A DNA stretch of 64,000 nucleotides from NCBI RefSeq assembly GCF_009914755.1, contig NC_060935.1; one strand, given 5' to 3'. Below, in pieces: positions 1-10,486 of this stretch. Source of the stretch: the human T2T-CHM13v2.0 reference genome, Homo sapiens. The notes beneath the pieces were generated by a model. The model was given only the letters and a program-made list of their open reading frames with translations. It made no database searches and had not been told where the DNA came from. Position 1 is the stretch's first letter. Each line of letters starts with the position of its first letter. Position numbers and translations under genes: made by a program.

Positions 1-650
1 ATATTTCTTATTTCAATCTCCTTTAGTCGTTACTGTTACTATTCCTTTGTTACTTCTTATTTGTTTGCTCTTTGAAACATACCTCTCAGGCATGGCTACC
101 TCTCTGTTTTTTCTATTTTTGTGGAATAGAATGTTAATAAATCTAATTTTTTAAAATGCACATGGTAAACTAAAATAAGAAAAGAACAAATTGATTTTTC
201 TCTCTGGCCCCTTTGACCCAGATGTCTGTCCATGGTTTTTCGAGCCTAACTTAAAGAGCCCTGAGCAGCTACCTCCCCTCCACCTGTGGCTTATGGGAAA
301 TAAATGCTGGGCTGATACTGACACACCAGAGTTTTGAATTTTGCTCTGTTTTTCACCGAGGTTATGACCCATCACTCAGAAGCTGATAAAAATTCGCCCA
401 TCCACTAAGCCAGACAAGTTAACATTAGGAGACATGTTTTTCTGCTACAAGTATGGTAATTGTGAAAAGCACCTACTGAACAGCAGATCAAAAGCTGAGA
501 TACCAATAATTATTATTTTTTTTGCCCAGATATTAAGTAGCTGCTTTATTATGAGAGTGTTTTTCTGCTCTGAAACTTTATACGTAGAAATTGTTATTAT
601 TTCAATAGGACTGTAAAGGTGATTTTGTATACAGCCAATATTTTATAACA

Positions 651-1000
651 TTTTTTTCAGCATTACTGAGTAAAATGGACAAATAAAATTTATATATATT
701 TGAGGTGTACAGTGTGATGCATTGGTATACGTATATGTTGTGAAATGATTTCCACAATCAAGCTAGTTAACATATTTATCATTTCACGTAATTACCTTTT
801 CTTATTCTTTGTTGTAAGAGTACTTAGAATCCACTCTCTTAGCAAATTTCAAGTATATAATGCATTACTATTAACTGTAGTCACCATGCTGTACATTGGG
901 TCTTCAGAACTTATTCATCTTGTAACTGACAGTTTGTACCTTTTGACAAGCATCTTGCCCATTTCCCCCACCCTGGGCCCCGGTAACATTCTATGAGGTC
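651..1000 (-). mobile_element. L1MA (L1MA8/9-like) 3' end; the non-inverted part of a 5'-inverted L1
   Basis: The reverse complement reads as an L1MA 3' UTR (GTCAAAAGGTACAAACTGTCAGTTACAAGATGAATAAG...) and ends in a short A tail (T-run at 651-657). Confidence 0.85.
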
Positions 1001-2470
1001 TGACATAAAAACAGACACACAGGCCAACGGAACAAAATAGAAGACTCAGAAATAAACTCACATGTATATAATCAATTAATCTTTGACAAAGGCACCAAGA
1101 ATATATAATGGGAAAAGAATAGTCTCTTTAACAAATTGTATTAGAAAAACTGAATATTCATATGCAAAAAAGTAAAACAGAATCCTTATGTCATACACAA
1201 AAATCAACTCAGCCGGGCTCAGTGGCTCACGCCTGTAATCTCAGCACTTTGGGAGGCCGAGGCGGGCGGATCACGAGGTCAGGAACTCAAGACCATCCTG
1301 GCTGATACGGTGAAACCCGTCTCTACTAAAAATACAAAAAATTAGCCAGGCATGGTGGCGGGCGCGCCTGTGGTCCCAGCTACTTGGGAGGCTGAGGCAG
1401 AAGAATGGCGTGAACCCGGAGGCGGAGCTTGCAGTGAGCTGAGATTGTGCCACTGCACTCCAGCCTGGGTGACAGAGTGAGACTCCGTCTCAAAAAAATA
1501 AATAAATAAAAAATAAAAAAATCAACTCAAATGGATTCCAGACTTAAACCTGAAATCACAAAATTCCTAGAAGAAAATATGGGAGAAATGTTCCATGACA
1601 ACTGTCTTGGCAATGAATTTTTAGATATAACATCAAAAGCACAGGCAACAAAATAAAAAATAAGTAGGACTACATCAAACTAAACAGTTTCTACACAACA
1701 AAGGAAAGAGGCAATAAAAAAGGCAACCTAGAGAATGGGAGAAAATACTTGTAAACTATACATGCAATAAGGGATTACTATTCAAAATATGTAGGAAACT
1801 TACACAACTCAGTAACACAAATAAACACAAATAGCTTGATTTAAAAAATAAGCAAAGAGCCTGAATAGACATATTCCAAAGAAGACACACAAATAGCCAA
1901 CAGGTATATTAAAATGTGCTCATTATCACTGATCATCAGGTAAATGCAAATCCAATACAAGGTGAGCTATCACCTCATACCTGTTAGAATGGCTACTACC
2001 AAAATGTCAAAAGGTACCAAGTGTTGGTGAAGATGTGAATGAAAAAGGGAACACTGTTGGTGGGAACAACCATATAGGAACAACCATATGGAAAACAGTA
2101 TAGAAGTTCTTCAAGAAATTAAAAAAGAAAACTACCATATGATCCAGTAATCCCATTTCTGGGTGTAAATCCAAAGGACATTAAATCCACATCCCAAAGA
2201 GATCTGCACTCCCTTGTCCATTGCAGCATTACTCATAATAGCCAAGATATGGAAACAACCTAAGTGTTGATGGATGAATAATACAGAAAATATGATACAC
2301 GTGCGTATATATGAATAATATTCGGCCAAAAAAGAAGGAAATCCTGCCATTTGCAACAACATGCAGAAACATGAAGGACATTATGCCAAATGAAATAAGC
2401 CAGACACAGAGACAAATACTACATGAGCACAATTATATGTAAAATCTATAAAAGTCTAACTCATAAAAGT
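1001..2470 (+). mobile_element. L1MA ORF2 3' portion (inverted segment), interrupted by an AluY
   Basis: Typical decayed ORF2 sequence (CTTTGACAAAGGCACCAAGAA, CCATATGATCCAGTAATCCC, AATGAAATAAGCCAGACACAGA). It ends at AAAGTCTAACTCATAAAAG, the consensus position where the minus-strand piece begins. Confidence 0.88.
1212..1520 (+). mobile_element. AluY
   Basis: Full dimer with Y-diagnostic GAATGGCGTGAACCC and GGAGCTTGCAG. TSD AAAAATCAACTCA at 1199-1211 and 1517-1529. Confidence 0.95.
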
Positions 2471-2819
2471 AATTTTTATAAATAATCTAAAGCTACCTAC
2501 AGCAGGATCTCACTGTAGGAAGTCTTGATCAGAAAAAATTCATCAATAATTTCAATTGTATGTATTCTCAGGAGATAGACAACAAATGCTATCTTCAGGA
2601 AGAAATCAAGAAAAAAAAATAAAAAGCATTGCTGTGGGCTCAGGCTTCTGGAACAAGCCACAGTCTAAGAGATAAATCACCTTTATGGTCTGGAATGTGG
2701 TCATCATCACTCATATGTATCCCTCTTCAATTGTCCCTAATATTAATGGGTTAGGTACAAAGCCTGTGTCTCTAATAACAGTTACAGAATAATGTAAGAA
2801 ATGCTCATAGGATTTTGAG

Positions 2820-2920
2820 GCCAGATTTCTCAAAGTTTAATTAATGTAAATAAGAACTATTGGAATATCTGTTATAAACGCAGCATCCCAGACACCATTC
2901 TCAGATTGCTGATTCAGAGA
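2820..2920. mobile_element. MER5-like hAT-Charlie fragment
   Basis: CAGATTTCTCAAAGTTT...CCCAGACACCATTCTCAGATTGCTGATTCAG resembles MER5. Confidence 0.45.
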
Positions 2921-2929
2921 CAGAGTTTA

Positions 2930-3390
2930 TGCTATGACCCATAAGACCTTCCAACTATCTAGTCTCCGCTTGTCTCTTCCACCTCAAGTTGCACCAGACG
3001 CTCCCCTTCTCTTTCTGTACCAGCCACTATCGTCTTTCTTTTTGCCCAAAATGCTATTGTATGTGCTGTTCTTTGTTTCTGAAAATACCTTACTTTTATT
3101 TCTTGCTTTACCTAGCAAACTTTTAATTCTATTCTATGTATTAGGTAAAACTTTGACTTCTAAGGGTAGTAGTCAGTGACCTTCTGGGATTAATTAAATA
3201 TTTCAATTAGAGTTCTCACACCATGTAGCTTTCTCTCTGTGGTAATCATATGTATGTTTATATACTTAATATCTGACTTCTCTTTTAGAATGTAAGCTCC
3301 CTGAGAGAAAATTTATCTTCTCCATGTTTTTTTAATCAGTGCCTACAACAGAGCATAAAACATAGTAAATGTTCAATATATATTAGTGTG
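2930..3390 (+). mobile_element. L2 3' fragment
   Basis: TAGAATGTAAGCTCC...CAGTGCCTA...CATAGTAAATGTTCAATA is the typical L2 3' terminus. Confidence 0.65.
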
Positions 3391-4116
3391 ATAATTTTTA
3401 TCATTTTCTTATAGACTCCCTGAGAGTAGTCTATAAATAAAACTGAGAAATATTGATGTCAGAAGGTAGTTATCTACCTCACTCCTCAAAAAACAACCAA
3501 CAAGGAAAAACCCACTATACTTTGGCAAATAATTCTCTTTCCTGAGCAAATTTAGACTCGTGGACAGTTATATAATACAAGTACAACATGTCTGACCTGA
3601 ATATGTTACATAACATAAATTTAGAAATTTGTCACCCAACCTTCTGTATTATTCTGTATCATATGTTCTTGTTTTACAAGTCACACAAGACTATACACTC
3701 TTTCCCCTCCAGTTTATTTTTCATTGGATATTTTTATCAATCATCTCTTCATTTTACTTAAAAAACAAAGCTATTGTAATTTTTAACAGAATAATCCATG
3801 TGCTCTGGAATCTCCATATGACTTTAACGGTACTATCAGCGTCTTCAGGGCTCCTCACATAAGCATCTTAACTGTGCCAAGATGAGACAGTATGTCAGCT
3901 TCCATAAGCAGTATTTTATTTATTTATAAATATTTACTCCCTAAACAAGACTTTATTCCTCTGTTATTACTGAAGTACTAAAGAGAATCACTTGTTCAAA
4001 AGGCATAATATTTAATTGTTTTAGAAGGACTTTCAGTATTTCATAGTTTTATAGGTAGGGCATTTTATCAGCGTATAGAGACCAAGGAATATCTACAGCA
4101 AAATCTCAGACTCATC

Positions 4117-5175
4117 CAGTGCTGGCTACATAATTCAGAGGACCTAGTACAAAATAAAAATGTGGGACCACTTTTCCACTGTTCAAAAAGCAGTGGAAAA
4201 GTGCCATTCGATCAGGAACTGCCTTTCTTCATGGTCTGTCTCTCAATGTATCATGGTGTTTTTATTTGCTATTTAATATTTCAAAAAGAATTAAATTGTA
4301 AATTATTAGCATAAATTTTTACCACTCATCTAAATTTTGCAGGGCCAGTTTTAAATGCCAATGCTCGGAATATTTAACCTGCATGTGGAATCAGTAAAAC
4401 TACACAATTCCTATTTTGTGTCTTGCCAGGGGACAAGAACTGTCCAAAGCAACAAACACAGTCACACTCAGTTCAGACACTCAGACACCAGAGGGCTTTG
4501 CTCTGCCACAAGACTGAGGGCTCTGGGTCAACCATTCAGCCACCTGCCAGACTTTTTGTCATGTCCTGACTGGGGAAGCCATGTGTCTCTTTTATCAATG
4601 GACCCAATACCATAACTCATGATAGGTGGGTATCCTTCAAAGTTTTTTAAACCTCTGTGCCAGGAGATACTCAATACCTAAATCAGGGATGGAAGAGAAA
4701 CTCACCACCACCAACAGGCAGCCTCAGGCTGGTCACCTACCATATATGCCTTGGTGCTTTCAACGCAGGGCAAAGATGTCCCTCTCCATGTCCAGCCTGA
4801 GATATGGTGTGACACAGGCATCAAACCTGACACCTCTCAAGTTTACTTCAAGGACCTTACCAGGAGCAGAAGGTGGCAGGGCTCACCTTGGCTCAGGGTG
4901 CTAAAGTGTGGGGCTGTGAGCAGCCCAGAACTCATTCAAACAGATACAGATGTAGGTAGAACAATATGGGAGCTCAATCTCCAAGCCTCCTATTCATGGT
5001 TCACTGACCTGTCAAATTTCACTTTCAAAACATAAATTCAAACAAATTACTAACAATTACAAAACAACAACTGCAGAGCATTAAAACCCCAAGTGCAAGA
5101 TCCTTAGGGTGAGTCACTGTGTAAACAACTGACAGTAAACCATCTCAACAAAACATAGCTATGAAGCCATCCCTG
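4117..5175 (+). mobile_element. MER45B-like hAT-Tip100 non-autonomous DNA transposon
   Basis: Starts CAGTGCTGGCTACATAATT...AAAATAAAAATGTGGG and ends ATGAAGCCATCCCTG, matching the MER45 termini. The ~1.06 kb length fits the B variant. Confidence 0.75.
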
Positions 5176-5829
5176 CCTCTTTCAGATGCTAAAGACTATA
5201 TGTCACAAGATAAGAGGAACGCAGAAACAGATCTTCAGGATAAAGTACAAATATTGTCATGACAAGATGATATACTGTGTTTTTCTTAGTAATGTTGCTG
5301 GCATGATACCATTCATCTGCATAGTTTTTGCATTGTTTGGAAGGTGACTTAAATTGGGTAAAAAGAAATAAAAAGTTGAATATTGTTGTAACAGGAAAAA
5401 AGTTGGTGGTGGTGGTCTGTAAAGGCCTTGGTTAATAATTTACTACTCAGAGGAAGATTGGAAATATCACAGAGCTTATTTTTCTATGTGGCTTTTGAAT
5501 GCAAAAGGACAACAAAATTTTCAAAATTATTAGCATTCAACTTGGTGTCTGTCTTCTTTACACCACTCCTGGATCCCAAAGAGGTACAATTATTATCACA
5601 GATCACGATCCGTAAAACTATGATTATACACTATCAGACTTGAAAATTCAGTTACACAAGCTTAAGGGGATCTAAAGAAGATCAGAGAGTTCTTAAATTA
5701 CTCCCTACAAACGACAGTTCAAATTTTTTTAAAAATGGCTTTGGTCGTATTAGCGATCGGGACTAATTTTCCAGTTAATCGTGCAAGTGACATAGAGTTC
5801 AATAATGCTTCCACCTAAAATGAAAACAT

Positions 5830-6427
5830 TTCAACCATTGTGGAAGTCAGTGTGGCGATTCCTCAGGGATCTAGAACTAGAAATACCATTTGACCCAGCC
5901 ATCCCATTACTGGGTATATACCCAAAGGACTATAAATCATGCTGCTATAAAGACACATGCACACGTATGTTTATTGCGGCACTATTCACAATAGCAAAGA
6001 CTTGGAACCAACCCAAATGTCCAACAGTGATAGACTGGATTAAGAAAATATGGCACATATACACCATGGAATACTATGCAGCCATAAAAAATGAGGAGTT
6101 CATGTCCTTTGTAGGGACATGGATGAAATTGGAAATCATCATTCTCAGCAAACTATCACAAGGACAAAAAACCAAACACCGCATATTCTCACTCATAGGT
6201 GGGAACTGAACAGTGAGAACACATGGACACAGGAAGGGGAACATCACACTCCGGGGACTGTTGTGGGGTCGGGGCAGGGGGGAGGGATAGCATTAGGAGA
6301 TATACCTAATGCTAAATGACGAGTTAATGGGTGCAGCACACCAGCATGGCACATGTATACATATGTAACTAACCTGCACATTGTGCACATGTACCCTAAA
6401 ACTTAAAGCATAATAATAATAATAATT
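5830..6427 (+). mobile_element. 5'-truncated L1PA3-like element (ORF2 C-terminus plus 3' UTR)
   Basis: Intact ORF2p C-terminus QPLWKSVWRFLRDL...IFSLIGGN* (stop ends 6209). The 3' UTR has GCATTAGGAGATATACCTAATGCTAAATGACGAGTTAATGGG (L1PA3-type), followed by a (TAA)n tail. Confidence 0.93.
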
Positions 6428-6548
6428 AAAAGAATTAGATATAGAATAGAGAAAAATGAAGACATTAAAGTAGCAGCCTAGTTTTATGTTTGAGTAACTG
6501 AAAAGACAGAAGTGCCATTTACTGAGATAGGGAAGGCTTGGGTGGTGG
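6428..6548 (+). other. Probable 3'-transduced donor flank containing an antisense L2 fragment
   Basis: Lies inside the 15-bp TSD pair, after the L1 tail. TTGAGTAACTGAAAAGACAGAAGTGCCATTTACTGAGATAGGGAAG resembles minus-strand L2. Confidence 0.7.
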
Positions 6549-6970
6549 TGTCAGGCCTCTGAGCCGAAGCTCAGCCATTGTAACCCCTGTGACCTGCACA
6601 TATATGTCCAGATGGCCTGCAGGAGCCAAGAAGTCTGGGGCAGCCGAAAAACCACAAAAGAAATAAAACAGCCACTTCCTGCCTTAATTGATTAACCAAC
6701 ATTACAACATTCCTCCATTGTGACTTGTCCCTGCCCTACCTTAACTGATCAATCGACCTTGTGACATTCTTCTTCTGGACAATAAGTCTTATGATCTCCC
6801 CACCATGTACCTTGTGACCCCCTCCTCTGCTAATAGATAACCACCTTTTACTGTAATTTTCCATTACCTACCCAACTCCTATAAAGCAACCCCTTCCCCA
6901 TCACCATTCGCTGACTCTCTTTTCGGACTCAGCCCACTTGCACCAAGTTAATAAACAGCCTTGTTGCTCC
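6549..6970 (+). mobile_element. HERV-H family LTR7C, U3-R only (U5 absent), polyadenylated
   Basis: Begins TGTCAGGCCTCTGAGCC with the LTR7C-type CAGGAGCCAAGAAGTCTGG block. TATAAA at 6880-6885 and AATAAA at 6950-6955, then CAGCCTTGTTGCTCC and an A16 run in place of U5. Confidence 0.88.
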
Positions 6971-8109
6971 AAAAAAAAAAAAAAAATGAAAACATTTGGG
7001 ACCAGCCTGGGGACTTTCTATGACGTAAGAAGAAGAAGAAGCATTAGAAGAAAAAAAAAAAGTGGTTTAATTTCTCAGCAATTGAAACAATTCTCAAAGA
7101 AAATCCTAATGTTACTTAAATATGCTATTCTAGTCACCCTATAGAAAAATAAATGACCTCATGCTTACATCATTTTGATTTTTCTTTTATTTTTGGAGGA
7201 CATTAATGTAATTTCATAGTCTATTATTTCCAAGTTCAATGTCAAGGACAGTGCCTCTATAAGGGAGAGATGTGTTCAAAGGCTCTGAAGAAGGATATAG
7301 ACTTCTTTTTTTTTTTTTTAAACTTGGAGGAGAGAAAGAAAGGATACAGACTTCTTGGACTTACATTTTTGGGATACTTATGTATTTATCAAAATGTTTC
7401 TAAGGAAAATTTACTTATTTTGAGCCACACACATAATCCCATGAGTTGTTGCCCTTAGTAGAAATATAATGGGAACATAACCGTCCTACCTGTTTTGGCC
7501 TACTTAATAAACCTCCATAGGAATATTTTTATGTTTAATATCTTTCTTATGTAAGTTTCAGCATGTCTTTTAAACTTAGAATACACATTTAGAATTTGTT
7601 TTAACATAAAAAAGTTAGATGACTTCTTATTCTAAATAAAATGGATAAAAATATTTTGCCTTGATGTGTGTATACGTTTTATGTGCTTATGCATGCATTC
7701 ACAGTTATGTGCATGAAATGTTCAGATATCAAATTTATCTTTTTTATTGGGTACAACATAAATGAAAGATTAAGCTCAAATTTTTATGACGATATGGAGA
7801 ACATAATACAGATTTTTGTTATGATATTAAAATATAAGACAATGTATAATTGTAATAGTTTGCTAATATTAAAAATTAATAATTGATAATGATTAACTCC
7901 TCAATAATACATGGATGGCATACAAACACAGTGAGATTTAAGGAAAGCATATACCTCATGTTTTGGAAAATAAGAATATGTAATTTTAAACAGCAAGAGA
8001 CATTTATGTAAAATGACTATATTGAGTGCTTTTGGAGGAAATCTACTTGAATTTATTCAATAATCATCATTTCATAAATTAGAAGCAAACTTTATAATCA
8101 TCTGAACAA

Positions 8110-8245
8110 ATTCACATGCATTTCACATAAGAGAAGTGAAGTTAAAGAATTAAGTGGCTCATTTATTGGATCACTGTTCATTAGTAACAGAGCAACAGAG
8201 ATAACTCTGGTCTTCTAAATTCTAGATTCCAGGGATCTTTCTCTA
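8110..8245 (-). mobile_element. MIR fragment
   Basis: Degenerate MIR core in antisense orientation. Confidence 0.5.
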
Positions 8246-8399
8246 ACATAATATGTTTTTCAAGTAACAATATCCGCATTTTTTTCTTCATCATAGTAAA
8301 TGGAAACAGGGGCTGTTCAACCCAACTTTTTTTTTTTTTCAGGAAAGACATCTAAACTTTACTGAGTATCTGGTATGTTCATATTTTTTTCTGTTTAAA

Positions 8400-9130
8400 C
8401 TTTTTAAAAAATTACAAATAATTGTAAATTCATATGCAATTATAGAGTCCCATATACTGCAGAACAGTTTACTTCACTGATAACATCTTTTTAAACTGTA
8501 ATACAATATTGCAGCCAACATATTAGCATTGATACAGTCAAGCTGGAGAACATTTCCATCACAAGATAACTCATATTGCCCTGATAAAGCCACATCCACC
8601 ACCCTTTCCTACCTCATTCCTGACCTTTCGTCAACCTCAAAGATGTTCTTCACTTCTATAATTTTGTCATTTAAAAAATTCCGTATACATAAAGTATCTG
8701 GATTTTGGGGGTTGGCTTTTTTTCACTCAGCTTAATTCCTTGAAGTTTCATCCAGATTTTTACATGTTTAAATAGTTCATATATTTTATTGCTGAGCAGT
8801 ATTTCATGGTGTGGATGTACTACAGTTTGTTTAACTATTTACCCATTGAAGGACATCTGTGTTATTTCCAGTTTATAGCTATTACAAATACATTTCCTAC
8901 AAACAATTTCATGTTTGTGTTTGTGTAAACAGAAGTTTTTATTTTTCTCAAATAACCAAGAGTGTATTTCAAAGTAACACGGTAGCTCCATGTTTAGTTT
9001 TATAAGAAACTAGTAACTGCTATTTTCTAGTAGTTCTAAGAAACTGAAACTACTATTTTACATTTCCAGCAAAATGTATGAGGGATACACTTTCTCCATA
9101 TTCTCACCAGCATTTGATATAATCACTATT
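8400..9130 (-). mobile_element. L1MC-type 3' region
   Basis: GATACAGTCAAG...AACATTTCCATCAC and TTTACCCATTGAAGGACATCTG are typical of old antisense L1MC. Confidence 0.75.
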
Positions 9131-9250
9131 TTTTTTATTGGTGCATAACAGAATTTTTGGCATATGTTATAAGGCATTCATATAATTTGTAAAAAATCAA
9201 CTCAGTGTTCTTGGGATATCCATCACTTTAAATATTTGTCTTTTCTTATT
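9130..9250 (-). mobile_element. Short L1MA 3' terminus
   Basis: T-run followed by ...CAGTGTTCTTGGGATATCCATCAC. Confidence 0.55.
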
Positions 9251-10059
9251 CTGCTATGTGTGTGAGACAGTCTTAATATAATTTTAACTTGAATTCCACT
9301 GATTGTAATATAATATATAGGTGTTTTGTATGTACACTATACATACATGTTATAAATATATAATGTGTATTATAGAGTGTGTATTGTATAGCTGGCATAT
9401 ATTATATAGCTGGTATAGTATATATTACATATATACTCAGACATGTATAAACATAACATGATATGTATATGTACATGTGTATAATGTATATTTTATAGTG
9501 TACTAGTTTTCTATTGCTACTGTAACAGGTGCCACAATATTAGTTTCTTAGAACAAAATAATTTAAATTTTTATTTGTATAAATTTAAGTGTTACAAGTG
9601 CAGTTTTGCTACACGGATATATTCCACAATCATGAATTCTGAGCTTTTAGGGTATCCATCACCTGAATAATATACATTGCACCCACCACCAATTTCTCAT
9701 TCTTCTCCTTCCTCCCACCCTCTCACCCTTCTGAGTTGCCAATGTCAATTATTCCACACTCTATGTCCATGTGTACACATTATTTAGCTCCCACTTGTAA
9801 GTGAGAACATGTGATACTGGACTTTCTGTTTCTGAGTTATTTCATTTAAGATAATGGCCTCCAGTTTTATCTACATGGTTGCAAAAGACATGATTTCATT
9901 CATTTTTTATGGCTAAGTACTCTTTCATTGTACATACACACTACATTTTCTTTATCCAATCATCTATTGAAGGAACTTAGGTTTCTTTGCTATTGTGAAT
10001 AGTGTGTGATAAGCATACAAGTGCAGATATGTTTTTAATATAATGATTTAAAAAAGTTC

Positions 10060-10365
10060 GGGTGGGCACGGTGGCTCATGCCCTGTAACCCCAGTACTTT
10101 GGGAGGCCGAGACGGGTGGATCATGAGGTCAGGAGTTCGAGACCAGCCTGACCAGCATGGTAGAACCCCATCTGTTCTAAAAATACAAAAATTATCCAGG
10201 CATGGTGGCGTGCACCTGTAATCCCAGCTACTAGGGAGGCTGAGGTAGGAGAATCGCTTGACCCTGGAAGCGGAGTTTGCGGCAAGCCAAGATCACGCCA
10301 CTGCACTCCAGCCTGGGCAACCATCTCCAAAACATAAATAAATAAAAATAAAAATGAATAAAAAA
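10060..10365 (+). mobile_element. AluS (Sg-like)
   Basis: Dimeric Alu with an A-rich tail. Confidence 0.92.
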
Positions 10366-10486
10366 TATTTAGAGACAGGTTCTCATTATGTCACCCAGGC
10401 TACTCTTGAACTCCTGGCCTCAAGTTATCCTCCCACTGCGCCTCTCAAAGCACTGGGATTACAGGCATGGACCACCATGCCTGGCC
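10366..10486 (-). mobile_element. FLAM_C / AluJ left monomer
   Basis: AGAGACAGGTTCTCATTATGTCACCCAGGCT...ACCATGCCTGGCC. Confidence 0.85.

Larger units (their letters stand above)
5817..6997 (+). repeat. 15-bp TSD AAAATGAAAACATTT (5817-5831 and 6983-6997) bracketing the L1+flank+LTR7C insertion
   Basis: Identical 15-mers read directly from the sequence. The left junction CT/AAAA fits an L1 endonuclease site. Confidence 0.93.

Noticed and set aside
8327-8370. T-run followed by CAG as a splice acceptor, or an antisense mini-retrocopy tail with AGTAAA
   Set aside because: I found no TSD, no recognisable parent and no supportable partner exon.
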